Positions 30,090 through 38,667 of a DNA stretch of 64,000 bases are shown here, one piece after another. The stretch lies in contig QPIL01000118.1 in NCBI GenBank assembly GCA_003666325.1, positions 2,402 through 66,401 of the forward strand. The letters run 5' to 3'. Made by a program: the position numbers and the translations under genes. Numbering within the stretch: position 1 is the first letter of the stretch; each line of letters opens with the position of its first letter. The DNA comes from Methylococcales symbiont of Iophon sp. n. MRB-2018 (GTDB lineage Bacteria > Pseudomonadota > Gammaproteobacteria > Methylococcales > Methylomonadaceae). The notes beneath the pieces are model-generated. The model had not been told where the DNA came from and ran no database searches. It was given only the letters and a program-made list of their open reading frames with translations.

Positions 30090-30488
30090 TAGTTAGTCAA
30101 GCCTTAAAAAGACTCAGGACTAAAGACTAAAGACTCCTTGATTTTTTATTAGAAGTAGGGTGCGTTTGCCCGCCAAGGATGGTGGAAATGCAGTAAGATT
30201 GTCTGGAACAATCTTTGCCCACGCACCAGTTAAGACAGTATCTGGATTCCTGCTTAGAACATGCAGGACGGGGAGTGAAGCGGCTCTTATACCATGCTCA
30301 ACAAATAACTCTGAATGAAAGAGGTTTAGTTGCTCTGTGTTTGGGGTTGATTTTATTAGTATGTTTTATCAGCAAAACGACCAAGAAATAGCCGTTATTT
30401 TACTAAACGCTGCTTTTTTTCTATGGTTTTTGTTTAAATTATTGTTATAAATCAGATGATTGTTGTATTTTTAAGGGTTGACTAAGTA
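30090..30488 (+). mobile_element. complete MITE-like composite element E3 (TIRs plus internal heptamer tract T5)
   Basis: The left end tagTTAGTCAAGCCTTAAAAA (30090..30110) and right end TTTTTAAGGGTTGACTAAgta (30468..30488) are inverted repeats, 17/18 over the core. The internal tract is GACTCAG GACTAAA GACTAAA (30111..30131). No ORF of transposase size is present. Confidence 0.8.
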
Positions 30489-30635
30489 AACTCCCTAAGT
30501 TGCAACGCCTGACATAGATAAAAAAAAGCACCAGACGGGTAAGATATTTGTTGCAAATTGCCTTAGCATAGTGAATTACCCTTGATTGAGTTGTTCAGAT
30601 CTAGATTAAGATTTTACTCTATGCTATAGTCATAT

Positions 30636-30654
30636 CTAAATGAGAATTATTACC
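30636..30654. promoter_or_regulatory. possible weak Fur box upstream of feoA
   Basis: ctaaatgagaattattacc matches 13/19 positions of GATAATGATAATCATTATC. Confidence 0.35.
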
Positions 30655-30713
30655 ACTTACATTATTTTTAATTTTTACTTTATTTTTCAACTTGAAAAGG
30701 GTTGTATTTAACC

Positions 30714-30947
30714 ATGTCAGTAAGTTTAAAAACATTGATTGTCGGTGACAAAGCTAAAGTCATCGGCTTTAATAAAATGGCTAAGGCGTATCGCAAACGT
30801 CTGTTAGCTATGGGTTTGACACCAGGTACTGAATTTGATGTTATTCGCCATGCCCCTTTAGGTGACCCGATTGAAATTAAGATACGTGGGTTTTCCCTTA
30901 CTTTGCGAAAAAATGAAACAGAAGTGTTATTGATTGAGAAAATATGA
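30714..30947 (+). CDS. feoA: ferrous iron transport protein A
   Basis: SH3-like FeoA, ..LKTLIVGDKAKVIGF.. and ..LLAMGLTPGTEFDVI... The ATG at 30714 is preferred over the TTG at 30702. Confidence 0.85.
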   Translation: MSVSLKTLIVGDKAKVIGFNKMAKAYRKRLLAMGLTPGTEFDVIRHAPLGDPIEIKIRGFSLTLRKNETEVLLIEKI

Positions 30948-33277
30948 CTGATTTTAGTATCGCCGTTGTAGGTAATCCCAATTGCGGTAAAACCACATTA
31001 TTTAATGCTCTAACAGGTTCTAGACAACAGGTTGGGAACTGGTCAGGAGTGACCGTTGAAAAGAAAACGGGAGAATATAGTTATAGCAAAAAGCAGATAG
31101 CAGTTGTTGATTTACCAGGTACCTATTCATTAGAATCTACAGATGATGATGTTTCTCTGGATGAAAAATTAGCTAGAGATTATGTCGCATCAAATCAGTC
31201 TGACTTGATTATTAATATTATTGACGCATCTAACTTAGAAAGAAATTTATATTTGACATCACAACTTATTGAAATGCGTGTACCAATGATATTGGTATTC
31301 AATATGATGGATGAGGTTAAGCGGCGTGGAATTAAAATTGACCTAGATTGTATTGCAAAACAATTAGCATGTCCTGTTGTTCCAATTATAGCTTCAACGG
31401 GCATGGGGTTGGAGCAATTGCAGATTGAAATTAACAAAGCGGTTGACAATATTTCGGTTCCAGAAATACAAATTCAGTACTGTAATGCCATCGAAAAAGC
31501 AATTTCCAGTTTATCTTTGCAGTTAATGGATCAGGCTGAGAACAGTCGATGTGATTTAAGATGGTTAGCCTTACGTTTATTGGAAGAGGATACCTTAGCT
31601 AAAGGTATTGCTGGCGAACAAGTGACATCTGATGTAAAAGCATTACAGTTATCAATTGAGCAAGAAACAGAAGATGAAATTGATATTTTAGCAGCCGATG
31701 CACGTTATGGTTTCGTTAATGCGTTAACACGGAAAAGTGTTTGCCGTTTAAATGAAGTATCGCGACATATATCAGATAAAATTGACAGAATTGTATTAAA
31801 TAAATTCCTTGGCATCCCTATCTTTTTATTAGTCATGTATGCCATGTTTATGCTTACCATTAACGTTGGTAGTGCTTTTATAGATTTCTTTGATCTTGCC
31901 GTAGGTGCAATTACGGTAGATGGTCTTAGTGTTGTATTAACGCATCTAAGTTTTCCTGAATGGTTGGTAGTATTAATTGCTAATGGTTTAGGTGGTGGTG
32001 TTCAGGTTGTGGCTACCTTTATACCTATTGTCGGTTTTTTATTTATCTTTTTATCAGCGTTAGAAGATTCGGGCTATATGTCCAGAGCGGCTTTTGTGAT
32101 GGATCGGTTTATGGTGATGATAGGTTTGCCGGGCAAAGCCTTTGTACCGATGATTGTAGGGTTTGGTTGTAATGTCCCCGCCATTATGGCAACACGTACA
32201 TTAGATAAACAAAGTGATCGTATATTGACTAATTTAATGAACCCTTTTATGTCATGTGGCGCTAGATTACCGGTATATGCTTTATTTGCTGCTGCATTTT
32301 TTCCAGTAGGTGGGCAGAACCTAGTTTTTGGACTGTATTTACTAGGTATTATTGTTGCCGTTATTACTGGATTGATTATGAGACATACTCTTTTTAAAAC
32401 GGATGTAACAGCGTTTATTATGGAGTTACCCACTTATCATATGCCCACGATTAAAGGTGTTTCTATTAAAACTTGGGATCGGCTTAAAGCCTTTATTTTT
32501 AGCGCAGGAAAAGTAATTGTGCCAATGGTTCTGGTTTTAAATTTTTTAAACTCATGGGGTGTAGATGGTAGTTTTGGTCAGGAAAATAGTCAAACATCGG
32601 TACTCAGCGAAATTGGTAGATCTTTAACCCCTGCATTTAAACCGATGGGTATTGAGAAAGACAATTGGCCGGCAACGGTCGGTATTTTTACTGGTGTTTT
32701 AGCTAAGGAGGCCGTGGTTGGTACTTTAGATGCGTTGTATAGTCAAATGGCTACAGTTGAAGGTGATAAAGAGGAACAGGTGTTTAGCTTATCTGCTGCA
32801 CTATTAGAAGCTTTTGCCACGATTCCTGAGAATATTACTGCCGTTGCTGGTAACCTTCTTGATCCTTTAGGATTGAATATAGGCGATGTATCGTCCCTAG
32901 ATATGGCTGCTGCAGATCAGGATGTTGATACCGGTACTTTTTCGGCAATGAAAGCCAGTTTTGATGGTCAGGCAGGTGCTTTTGCCTATCTATTGTTTAT
33001 CTTACTTTATGCACCGTGTGTTGCCGCAACGACTGCAATATATCGGGAAACAAACGCTAGTTGGGCATTGTTTGTGCTTTTTTGGACCACGGGATTGGCC
33101 TATATGTCAGCTACTATTTTTTATCAAGTAGCAACTTTCTCACAACACCCTGCTTATTCTACACAATGGATAGTAGGGCTTATTATTGCATTTATCGTCG
33201 TCTTGTTTGCTTTGTGGTGTTACGGAAAATCTTTTCAAATTGCAGAAATAGAACAGAAAAGTAATGATTTTATCTGA
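30944..33277 (+). CDS. feoB: ferrous iron transporter FeoB
   Basis: 777 aa. The G domain has VVGNPNCGKTTLFNALTG and DLPGTYSL, followed by the polytopic gate domains. Confidence 0.96.
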   Translation: MTDFSIAVVGNPNCGKTTLFNALTGSRQQVGNWSGVTVEKKTGEYSYSKKQIAVVDLPGTYSLESTDDDVSLDEKLARDYVASNQSDLIINIIDASNLERNLYLTSQLIEMRVPMILVFNMMDEVKRRGIKIDLDCIAKQLACPVVPIIASTGMGLEQLQIEINKAVDNISVPEIQIQYCNAIEKAISSLSLQLMDQAENSRCDLRWLALRLLEEDTLAKGIAGEQVTSDVKALQLSIEQETEDEIDILAADARYGFVNALTRKSVCRLNEVSRHISDKIDRIVLNKFLGIPIFLLVMYAMFMLTINVGSAFIDFFDLAVGAITVDGLSVVLTHLSFPEWLVVLIANGLGGGVQVVATFIPIVGFLFIFLSALEDSGYMSRAAFVMDRFMVMIGLPGKAFVPMIVGFGCNVPAIMATRTLDKQSDRILTNLMNPFMSCGARLPVYALFAAAFFPVGGQNLVFGLYLLGIIVAVITGLIMRHTLFKTDVTAFIMELPTYHMPTIKGVSIKTWDRLKAFIFSAGKVIVPMVLVLNFLNSWGVDGSFGQENSQTSVLSEIGRSLTPAFKPMGIEKDNWPATVGIFTGVLAKEAVVGTLDALYSQMATVEGDKEEQVFSLSAALLEAFATIPENITAVAGNLLDPLGLNIGDVSSLDMAAADQDVDTGTFSAMKASFDGQAGAFAYLLFILLYAPCVAATTAIYRETNASWALFVLFWTTGLAYMSATIFYQVATFSQHPAYSTQWIVGLIIAFIVVLFALWCYGKSFQIAEIEQKSNDFI

Positions 33278-33491
33278 GCTAAGAAATTATCTTAAAGAAA
33301 AAAAAAGAGTGACCTTAAATGAATTAGTGATTCATTTTGATGTAGATGCTGATGCGCTCAGAGGCATGTTAGCCCAATGGATGAAGAAAGGTAAAGTGCG
33401 TCAATTGCCCATAGGTTCTGGTTGTGGTTCAACATGTATTAAATGCGATCCTACTCTGACTGAGTTTTATGAGTGGGTAGTCAGGGACTAA
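33264..33491 (+). CDS. feoC: FeoC-like winged-helix protein
   Basis: 75 aa. ..LSELRNYLKEKKRVTLNELV.. is followed by a Cys cluster GCGSTCIKCDP. The stop TAA lies inside a GGACTAA repeat unit. Confidence 0.8.
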   Translation: MILSELRNYLKEKKRVTLNELVIHFDVDADALRGMLAQWMKKGKVRQLPIGSGCGSTCIKCDPTLTEFYEWVVRD

Positions 33492-33505
33492 GAACTAAGG
33501 ACTAA
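33485..33505 (+). repeat. heptamer tract T6a (GGACTAA GAACTAA GGACTAA)
   Basis: Read directly. It contains the feoC stop codon. Confidence 0.9.
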
Positions 33506-33514
33506 GTCCTGATT

Positions 33515-33633
33515 CTTTAGTCTTTAGTCTTTAGTCTTTAGTCTTTAGTCTTGAGTCTTGAGTCTTGAGTCTTGAGTCTTGAGTCTTGAGTCTTGAGTCT
33601 TGAGTCTTGAGTCTTGAGTCTTGAATCTTGAGT
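33515..33633 (-). repeat. heptamer tract T6b, 17 units ((CTTTAGT)x5 (CTTGAGT)x12 on the + strand, one unit CTTGAAT)
   Basis: Read directly. On the minus strand it reads (ACTCAAG)n then (ACTAAAG)n, in sense with proS. Confidence 0.97.
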
Positions 33634-35340
33634 CCCCATTTTTTCTGTTAAAAATTCAATAATTCCATTAAGCGCAATGTCCTCGCTGTCTTTATCTGTT
33701 CTGGCTTTATATTCAATAGTACCAGCATCCAAGGATCTTTCACCCAAGACTAGGCGATGCGGAATGCCAATGAGTTCCATATCTGAGAACATAAAACCTG
33801 CACGTACTTTACGATCATCGAGTAATACTTCAAAGCCTGCGTTAAGCAGTTGTTGGTAGAGGCTATCAACAGCTACTTTTAAGCGCTCCGATTTATGCAT
33901 ATTCATCGGGCATAAAGCAATTTGAAATGGGGCTAAATTAGCCGACCAGATGATCCCTTTATCATCATGGCTTTGTTCGATAGCAGCAGCTACAATTCTG
34001 GAAATGCCTATACCGTAGCAACCCATAATCATGGTTTGGTTTTTGCCTGCTTCATTGATAACACAGGCTTTCATTGCTTTGCTGTATTTATCACCTAATT
34101 GAAAAATATGACCTACTTCAATACCACGGGCAAGGGTGATTAAGCCTTTTCCATCGGGACTTGGGTCACCTTCAACTACCATACGAATATCTTCAATTTG
34201 TTGAGGTAAGGGCAGGTCTTTTCCCCAATTTACGCCTGTGTAGTGCTTTTCATTTTGATTGGCACCACAAACAAAATCAGACAGTAGGCTAGCGCTACGG
34301 TCTACAATTACAGTGATATTCAACCCAATAGGGCCAATTGAACCAGGTTTACATTGGCAACTGGCAAGAATTTGTTCATCACTGGCAAACTCTAAAGGTG
34401 AAAGTACCGCTTCTAATTTTTCTGCTTTAAGTTCGTTAAGTTCATGGTCTCCACGTAATAATAATGCAATTAATTGATCATTCTCACCCTTAACAATTAA
34501 GGTTTTTAAGCATTGTTGAGCCTTTATGTTAAAAAATTGACTGACCTCTTCAATGCTATGTTGTTTAGCGGTATCAACTAGCGTTAGTTCTGCTATGGCA
34601 GAAGAGCGTGAAGCAGAGGGCATAATGGCCTCTGTTTTTTGTATATTTGCGGCATAGTCACTTTCAGTAGAAAAGGCTATGGCATCTTCGCCCGAATCTG
34701 CCAGTACATGAAACTCATGCGATATTGCACCACCTATAGAACCGGAATCTGCGATAACAGCACAAAACTTTAATCCTAATTGATTAAATATATTACTGTA
34801 TGCCTGATACATGACATCATAGGTTGCTTGTAAAGACTTTTGATCTAAATGAAATGAGTAAGCATCTTTCATGATAAATTCACGAGAGCGCATAATACCA
34901 AAGCGAGGACGAATCTCATCACGTACTTTGGTTTGAATTTGATAATAGTTGATCGGTAATTGTTTGTAGCTTTTTAACTCGTTTCTAGCCAGATCAGTAA
35001 TGATTTCTTCATGCGTTGGACCTAGGCAAAAATCACGATCATGACGGTCTTTTAAACGTGCTAATTCTGGGCCGTATTGCTCCCAGCGTCCTGTTTCTTG
35101 CCAGAGTTCAGCAGGCTGCAAAACAGGCATTAATACCTCTAAAGCACCTGCTTTTTCCATTTCCGCTCGAGTGATTTTTTCTACTTTACGCAACACTCTT
35201 AATCCTAAAGGCAACCAGGTATACAAACCCGCTGCTAGTTTACGAATTAAACCTGCTCGAATCATTAGTTTATGGCTGGAAATTTCAGCATCCGCAGGAA
35301 TTTCTTTGACAGTGCTAAGAGGAAATTGAGAAGTACGCAT
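33538..35340 (-). CDS. proS: prolyl-tRNA synthetase with a repeat-encoded C-terminal tail
   Basis: 600 aa. Bacterial-type ProRS with an insertion (editing) domain. ..[17 protein letters not shown].. is class II motif 2 and ..GCYGIGISR.. is motif 3. The last 31 residues GTQDSRLK(TQDSRLK)x3TKD are translated from tract T6b. Confidence 0.95.
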   Translation of the reverse strand: MRTSQFPLSTVKEIPADAEISSHKLMIRAGLIRKLAAGLYTWLPLGLRVLRKVEKITRAEMEKAGALEVLMPVLQPAELWQETGRWEQYGPELARLKDRHDRDFCLGPTHEEIITDLARNELKSYKQLPINYYQIQTKVRDEIRPRFGIMRSREFIMKDAYSFHLDQKSLQATYDVMYQAYSNIFNQLGLKFCAVIADSGSIGGAISHEFHVLADSGEDAIAFSTESDYAANIQKTEAIMPSASRSSAIAELTLVDTAKQHSIEEVSQFFNIKAQQCLKTLIVKGENDQLIALLLRGDHELNELKAEKLEAVLSPLEFASDEQILASCQCKPGSIGPIGLNITVIVDRSASLLSDFVCGANQNEKHYTGVNWGKDLPLPQQIEDIRMVVEGDPSPDGKGLITLARGIEVGHIFQLGDKYSKAMKACVINEAGKNQTMIMGCYGIGISRIVAAAIEQSHDDKGIIWSANLAPFQIALCPMNMHKSERLKVAVDSLYQQLLNAGFEVLLDDRKVRAGFMFSDMELIGIPHRLVLGERSLDAGTIEYKARTDKDSEDIALNGIIEFLTEKMGTQDSRLKTQDSRLKTQDSRLKTQDSRLKTKD

Positions 35341-35417
35341 GGTGTATAAATGTATTCGATAAAAAATCAGCTATTCTACCGATTTAACAGCAAGTCGGGT
35401 AAGTATCTTAGCAAAAA

Positions 35418-35576
35418 GAGACCTCAGCATAACTCATGAACGGATAAAAAAGGCTAGAAGTTTTTCATCTTTCAGCCAAAATAACGTGCAATAGCTTACT
35501 ATTACACTTGTATTTTGACTAAAACCTGAAAAATTATATCGTTTTTTTCTCATCGCCAGAGTTATGCTGAGGTCTC
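35418..35576. mobile_element. 159-bp MITE with perfect 18-bp terminal inverted repeats
   Basis: gagacctcagcataactc (35418..35435) is the exact reverse complement of gagttatgctgaggtctc (35559..35576). There is no coding capacity. Related half and solo copies are at 20906, 30061, 28941, 2531, 14161 and 61377. Confidence 0.85.
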
Positions 35577-35706
35577 AAAAATCAATAACCGTAGTTTGTA
35601 CTACAGAGCCATCAACACCCTTGACTCCAAACTTGCTATACCCCTACAACATTAACTTGCTTGCAAGATGGACACTGTTTTGCCACTTTTCATAATTATC
35701 TCCTCA

Positions 35707-36000
35707 TTACGCCTTTGTTACTGATAATTGGATAACATGCAGTTCTTTACGATGCTGCTCAAACTGCCAAAGATCGTATTGGGATTGCTGGTTTAACCAA
35801 CTCTCAGATGAGGTATTAAATGCAATGGATAAGCGCACAGCCATTTCGGGACTTATCCCCGATTTACCGTTAAGAATGGTTGATAATGTTTTGCGGCTAA
35901 CACCAAGTCCTTTAGCTGCCTCAGTTACAGTTAAGCCTAAAGGCTCGATGCAAAGTTCTTTTAAAACTTTGCCGGGGTGTGTGGGATTGTGCATTAACAT
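35707..36000 (-). CDS. higA: HigA-family antitoxin (XRE HTH)
   Basis: 97 aa. ..[50 protein letters not shown].. is the canonical HigA/VapI HTH. Confidence 0.87.
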   Translation of the reverse strand: MLMHNPTHPGKVLKELCIEPLGLTVTEAAKGLGVSRKTLSTILNGKSGISPEMAVRLSIAFNTSSESWLNQQSQYDLWQFEQHRKELHVIQLSVTKA

Positions 36001-36009
36001 AAGATAGCC

Positions 36010-36288
36010 TCAATGATAGTTTTCATAATCTACAATTTCAGCGTGAGATCCATTAAAACAAAATGTCACACGCCAGTTTTCACTTACACGTACAGACCAA
36101 ATTTTTGCTCGATTACCTGTGAGTTGGTGCAGGAACAGGTCTGGTAAATCCATATCACTAGGTGATGAAGCAGCATTAAGACGACCAAGAATTAATTGGA
36201 GCCGCTTTATATGCTTTGCTTGTATGGCTGATTTGCGACCAGTTTTAAAGAATAATTCTAGACCCTTATGCTTAAAGTTCTGTATCAT
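36010..36288 (-). CDS. higB: HigB-type (RelE/ParE superfamily) toxin
   Basis: 92 aa. MIQNFKHKGLELFF..G....I........RL..L.. matches the plasmid-maintenance-killer HigB pattern. The toxin-first order, 9 nt upstream of higA, also fits. Confidence 0.85.
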   Translation of the reverse strand: MIQNFKHKGLELFFKTGRKSAIQAKHIKRLQLILGRLNAASSPSDMDLPDLFLHQLTGNRAKIWSVRVSENWRVTFCFNGSHAEIVDYENYH

Positions 36289-36518
36289 TTATTAAATGCA
36301 ACCAATAACGTAACAGGTGTCAATTGAGTTTGGCACATACGCCAAAATCAGATGCCGTTGCCAAGTGTTCGATGAACTCTGACAAAGCACTGAACTTTGA
36401 TATAAACTGACCTTTGAATCGGCTGGAACTTCAATCGACCCCTTTGATTCTTTTATCTCGATATTTTTTAAGGTTTTGATTCATTGCAAAAACCACTTAA
36501 TACGGTAATAATTCAATT

Positions 36519-37483
36519 TTATCCAGTGACATGACAGTCTCCCGATAATTTATTCGCCAACTTATCCAGCATATCTTTTACCATAGCTGACAATGTATAT
36601 TGGGGATGCCATCCCCACTCATTCTGAGCACAACTATCATCTATATGTTTTGGCCATGAGTCTGCAATGGCTGGCCTGATTGGGTCAACTTGATAGCTTA
36701 TTTTAAATTCAGGGATATACTGCTTTATTTCAGCCGCTAATTGTTTAGGTGTAATGCTCATCGCTGTGATATTAAAAGCATTATGATGAGTTAAATGCTT
36801 GCTATCCGTTTGCATAAGACTGATTGAAGCATTTACAGCATCTGGCATATACATCATATCTAATTGCGTATCTGCTTTAAGAAAGCAGCAGTAAGACTGG
36901 CATTGTAAGGCGGCATAAAATATGTCTACTGCATAATCGGTTGTACTGCCTCCTGCTTGTGTTTTATATGAAATTAAACCAGGATAGCGTAAACCCCTGA
37001 CATCAACTGCATAATGTTTTTGATAGTAATCACAAAGCAATTCACCTGAGACTTTGGTTACACCATACATAGTAGGCCTTTGAATAGTATCTTGCGGGGT
37101 GTTGCTGGCGTTTTTGGACCAAATGCACCAATGGAGCTAGGGAAAAAGACAGCACATTGGTTTAAACGAGCTACTTCCAGTACATTGAACAGACCAGTCA
37201 TATTAATATCCCAGGCTTCTTGTGGTCGCTCTTCGGCAACGGCTGATAACAGTGATGCTAAATGGAATATGGTGTCAATATGGTATTTTGGGACAACTTT
37301 GTTTAATGTTGCCCGATCTCTTATATCAAAGGCAATATCAGTGCTGGCTTCTGTTGCTTCTATATTGTCTTTCTGACTATAACCCGCAGCAATAACACTG
37401 CTAAACCGAAGGCTTTGGCGTAAAGCCAGAGTAAGTTCTGAACCTATTTGTCCTGTTGCACCCGTGACTAACACTTTTTTCAT
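36519..37483 (-). pseudogene. SDR-type L-threonine 3-dehydrogenase / NAD-epimerase family gene split by one frameshift
   Basis: The N-terminal ORF (MKKVLVTGATGQIGSEL..SSIGAFGPKTP) and C-terminal ORF (..MYGVTKVSGELLCDYY..YPGLISYKT..GGSTTDYAVDIF..ADSWP..) are collinear with one ~318-aa protein. The frame switches near the GCGGGG run at ~37095..37105. Confidence 0.7.
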
Positions 37484-37965
37484 AAAAAAATCTCCTGCAC
37501 AAAGCTGATTATTTGAATACTTTATTCAGAAAGTTTTACTACCGTTACTCCATAATAACGATCTTAAAATAAAACATTCAAAACAATTAATATTTTAATA
37601 ACTGTATCAATTTTGTTAGCTATTGAGTGAATTTTGAATGCTTTAAATGGTTTTATATAAATTATCCCGTCCTATAATTAAGACAGCTTTCTTAGCTTTT
37701 TTATCAATCTGGAATATTCAGCAAAAAAAACAAGTCAGGGGAGGTGGTAACGTAAATAGAAGACAATATTGAGCATAGCAGTACAAAATATTGGAAATAA
37801 ATTTTGGAGTGTTCAACCCCCCCAAAAATGTAGAGGCATAGTAAATGTTACATAACAAATGCTTGCATCTGACCATTAAAAGCGTCACAATTTTTGCTGT
37901 TAATTATTTTGCCGTTAACCATGCAAAATAATCACCTGCTAATAGCAAAAAAACCAACAGAGAAT

Positions 37966-38166
37966 ATGATGGCAAAGAATAAACAAGCAGTAGAATCGCT
38001 AGAAAAACAACTTTGGAAATCGGCAGATAAACTTAGAAAAAACATAGACGCTGCCGAATACAAACATATTGTTTTGGGCTTGATTTTTCTCAAATATATC
38101 TCTGATGCTTTCGAGGAGTTGTACACCAAACTAAAAGCAGGTGAGGGCGAGTTTATTGATGACTAA
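37966..38166 (+). pseudogene. hsdM: type I restriction-modification methylase (HsdM) N-terminal stub
   Basis: [51 protein letters not shown].. is the HsdM_N signature. The ORF stops after ~66 residues, and no methyltransferase domain, hsdS or hsdR follows. Confidence 0.8.
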
Positions 38167-38262
38167 GCTAATCATGGAGAGTTTGCCACAATTAAAGCAT
38201 TTGAATTCGTTTGATTTTAAAAACAACAGGTCGAATTCAACCTGCTCAAAATGGACGTTAAT

Positions 38263-38667
38263 ATGAGCAAAAAGAATGCGCTTATTGAGGTAAAAGGAAT
38301 TCTTGTCTCAACTTTTCAAAGCAACAAAGAAGATTTTATATCATTAACAGATATTGCAAAATCAAAAGATGGCGACTCCAGAGCCGCAGATATCATTAAA
38401 AATTGGATTCGCAACAGAGGAACTATTGAATTTATAGGCACTTGGGAACAAATACATAATTCAAATTTTAAAGTGGTCGAATTCGACCACTTTAGAATGA
38501 ATGCAGGTTTAACAAGTTTTGTTCTTAGTCCTGGGAAATGGATAGAAAAGACAGATGCGATTGGCATAGTTGTAAAAGGTGGAAGATACGGTGGTCGGCC
38601 CCCGTGGTCGCCCTCCCCGTGGTCACCCAAATTACAATCACCCAAAAAACGAGGTATGGATGTATGA
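38263..38667 (+). pseudogene. KilA-N domain protein, C-terminally truncated
   Basis: MSKKNALIEVKG..DFISLTDIAK..NWIRNRGTIEFIGTWEQ..KWIEKTDAIGIVVKGGRYGG follows the KilA-N pattern. After GRYGG it runs into unrelated GC-rich sequence (RPPWSPSPWSP..). Confidence 0.7.

Noticed and set aside
35578-35700. Possible remnant of a zinc-finger (IS1/IS1595-like) transposase N-terminus on the minus strand (..CPSCKQVNVVG..)
   Set aside because: Only about 35 codons are present, interrupted by stops or frameshifts, and a CxxC alone is not diagnostic. It cannot be supported without a database hit.
36289-36518. Short ORF fragments between higB and the dehydrogenase pseudogene
   Set aside because: They have no start/RBS context and no recognisable family. 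The region is probably degraded intergenic DNA.
37894-37965. Upstream extension of the hsdM stub ([16 protein letters not shown]...)
   Set aside because: HsdM homology starts at MMAKNKQ. The extension uses a TTG start and has no family resemblance.
38538-38663. N-terminal extension of the Fic ORF (MDRKDRCDWHS...)
   Set aside because: It overlaps the KilA-N remnant and the GC-rich scar in another frame. Fic-like sequence begins at the ATG at 38664, which has its own GAGG.
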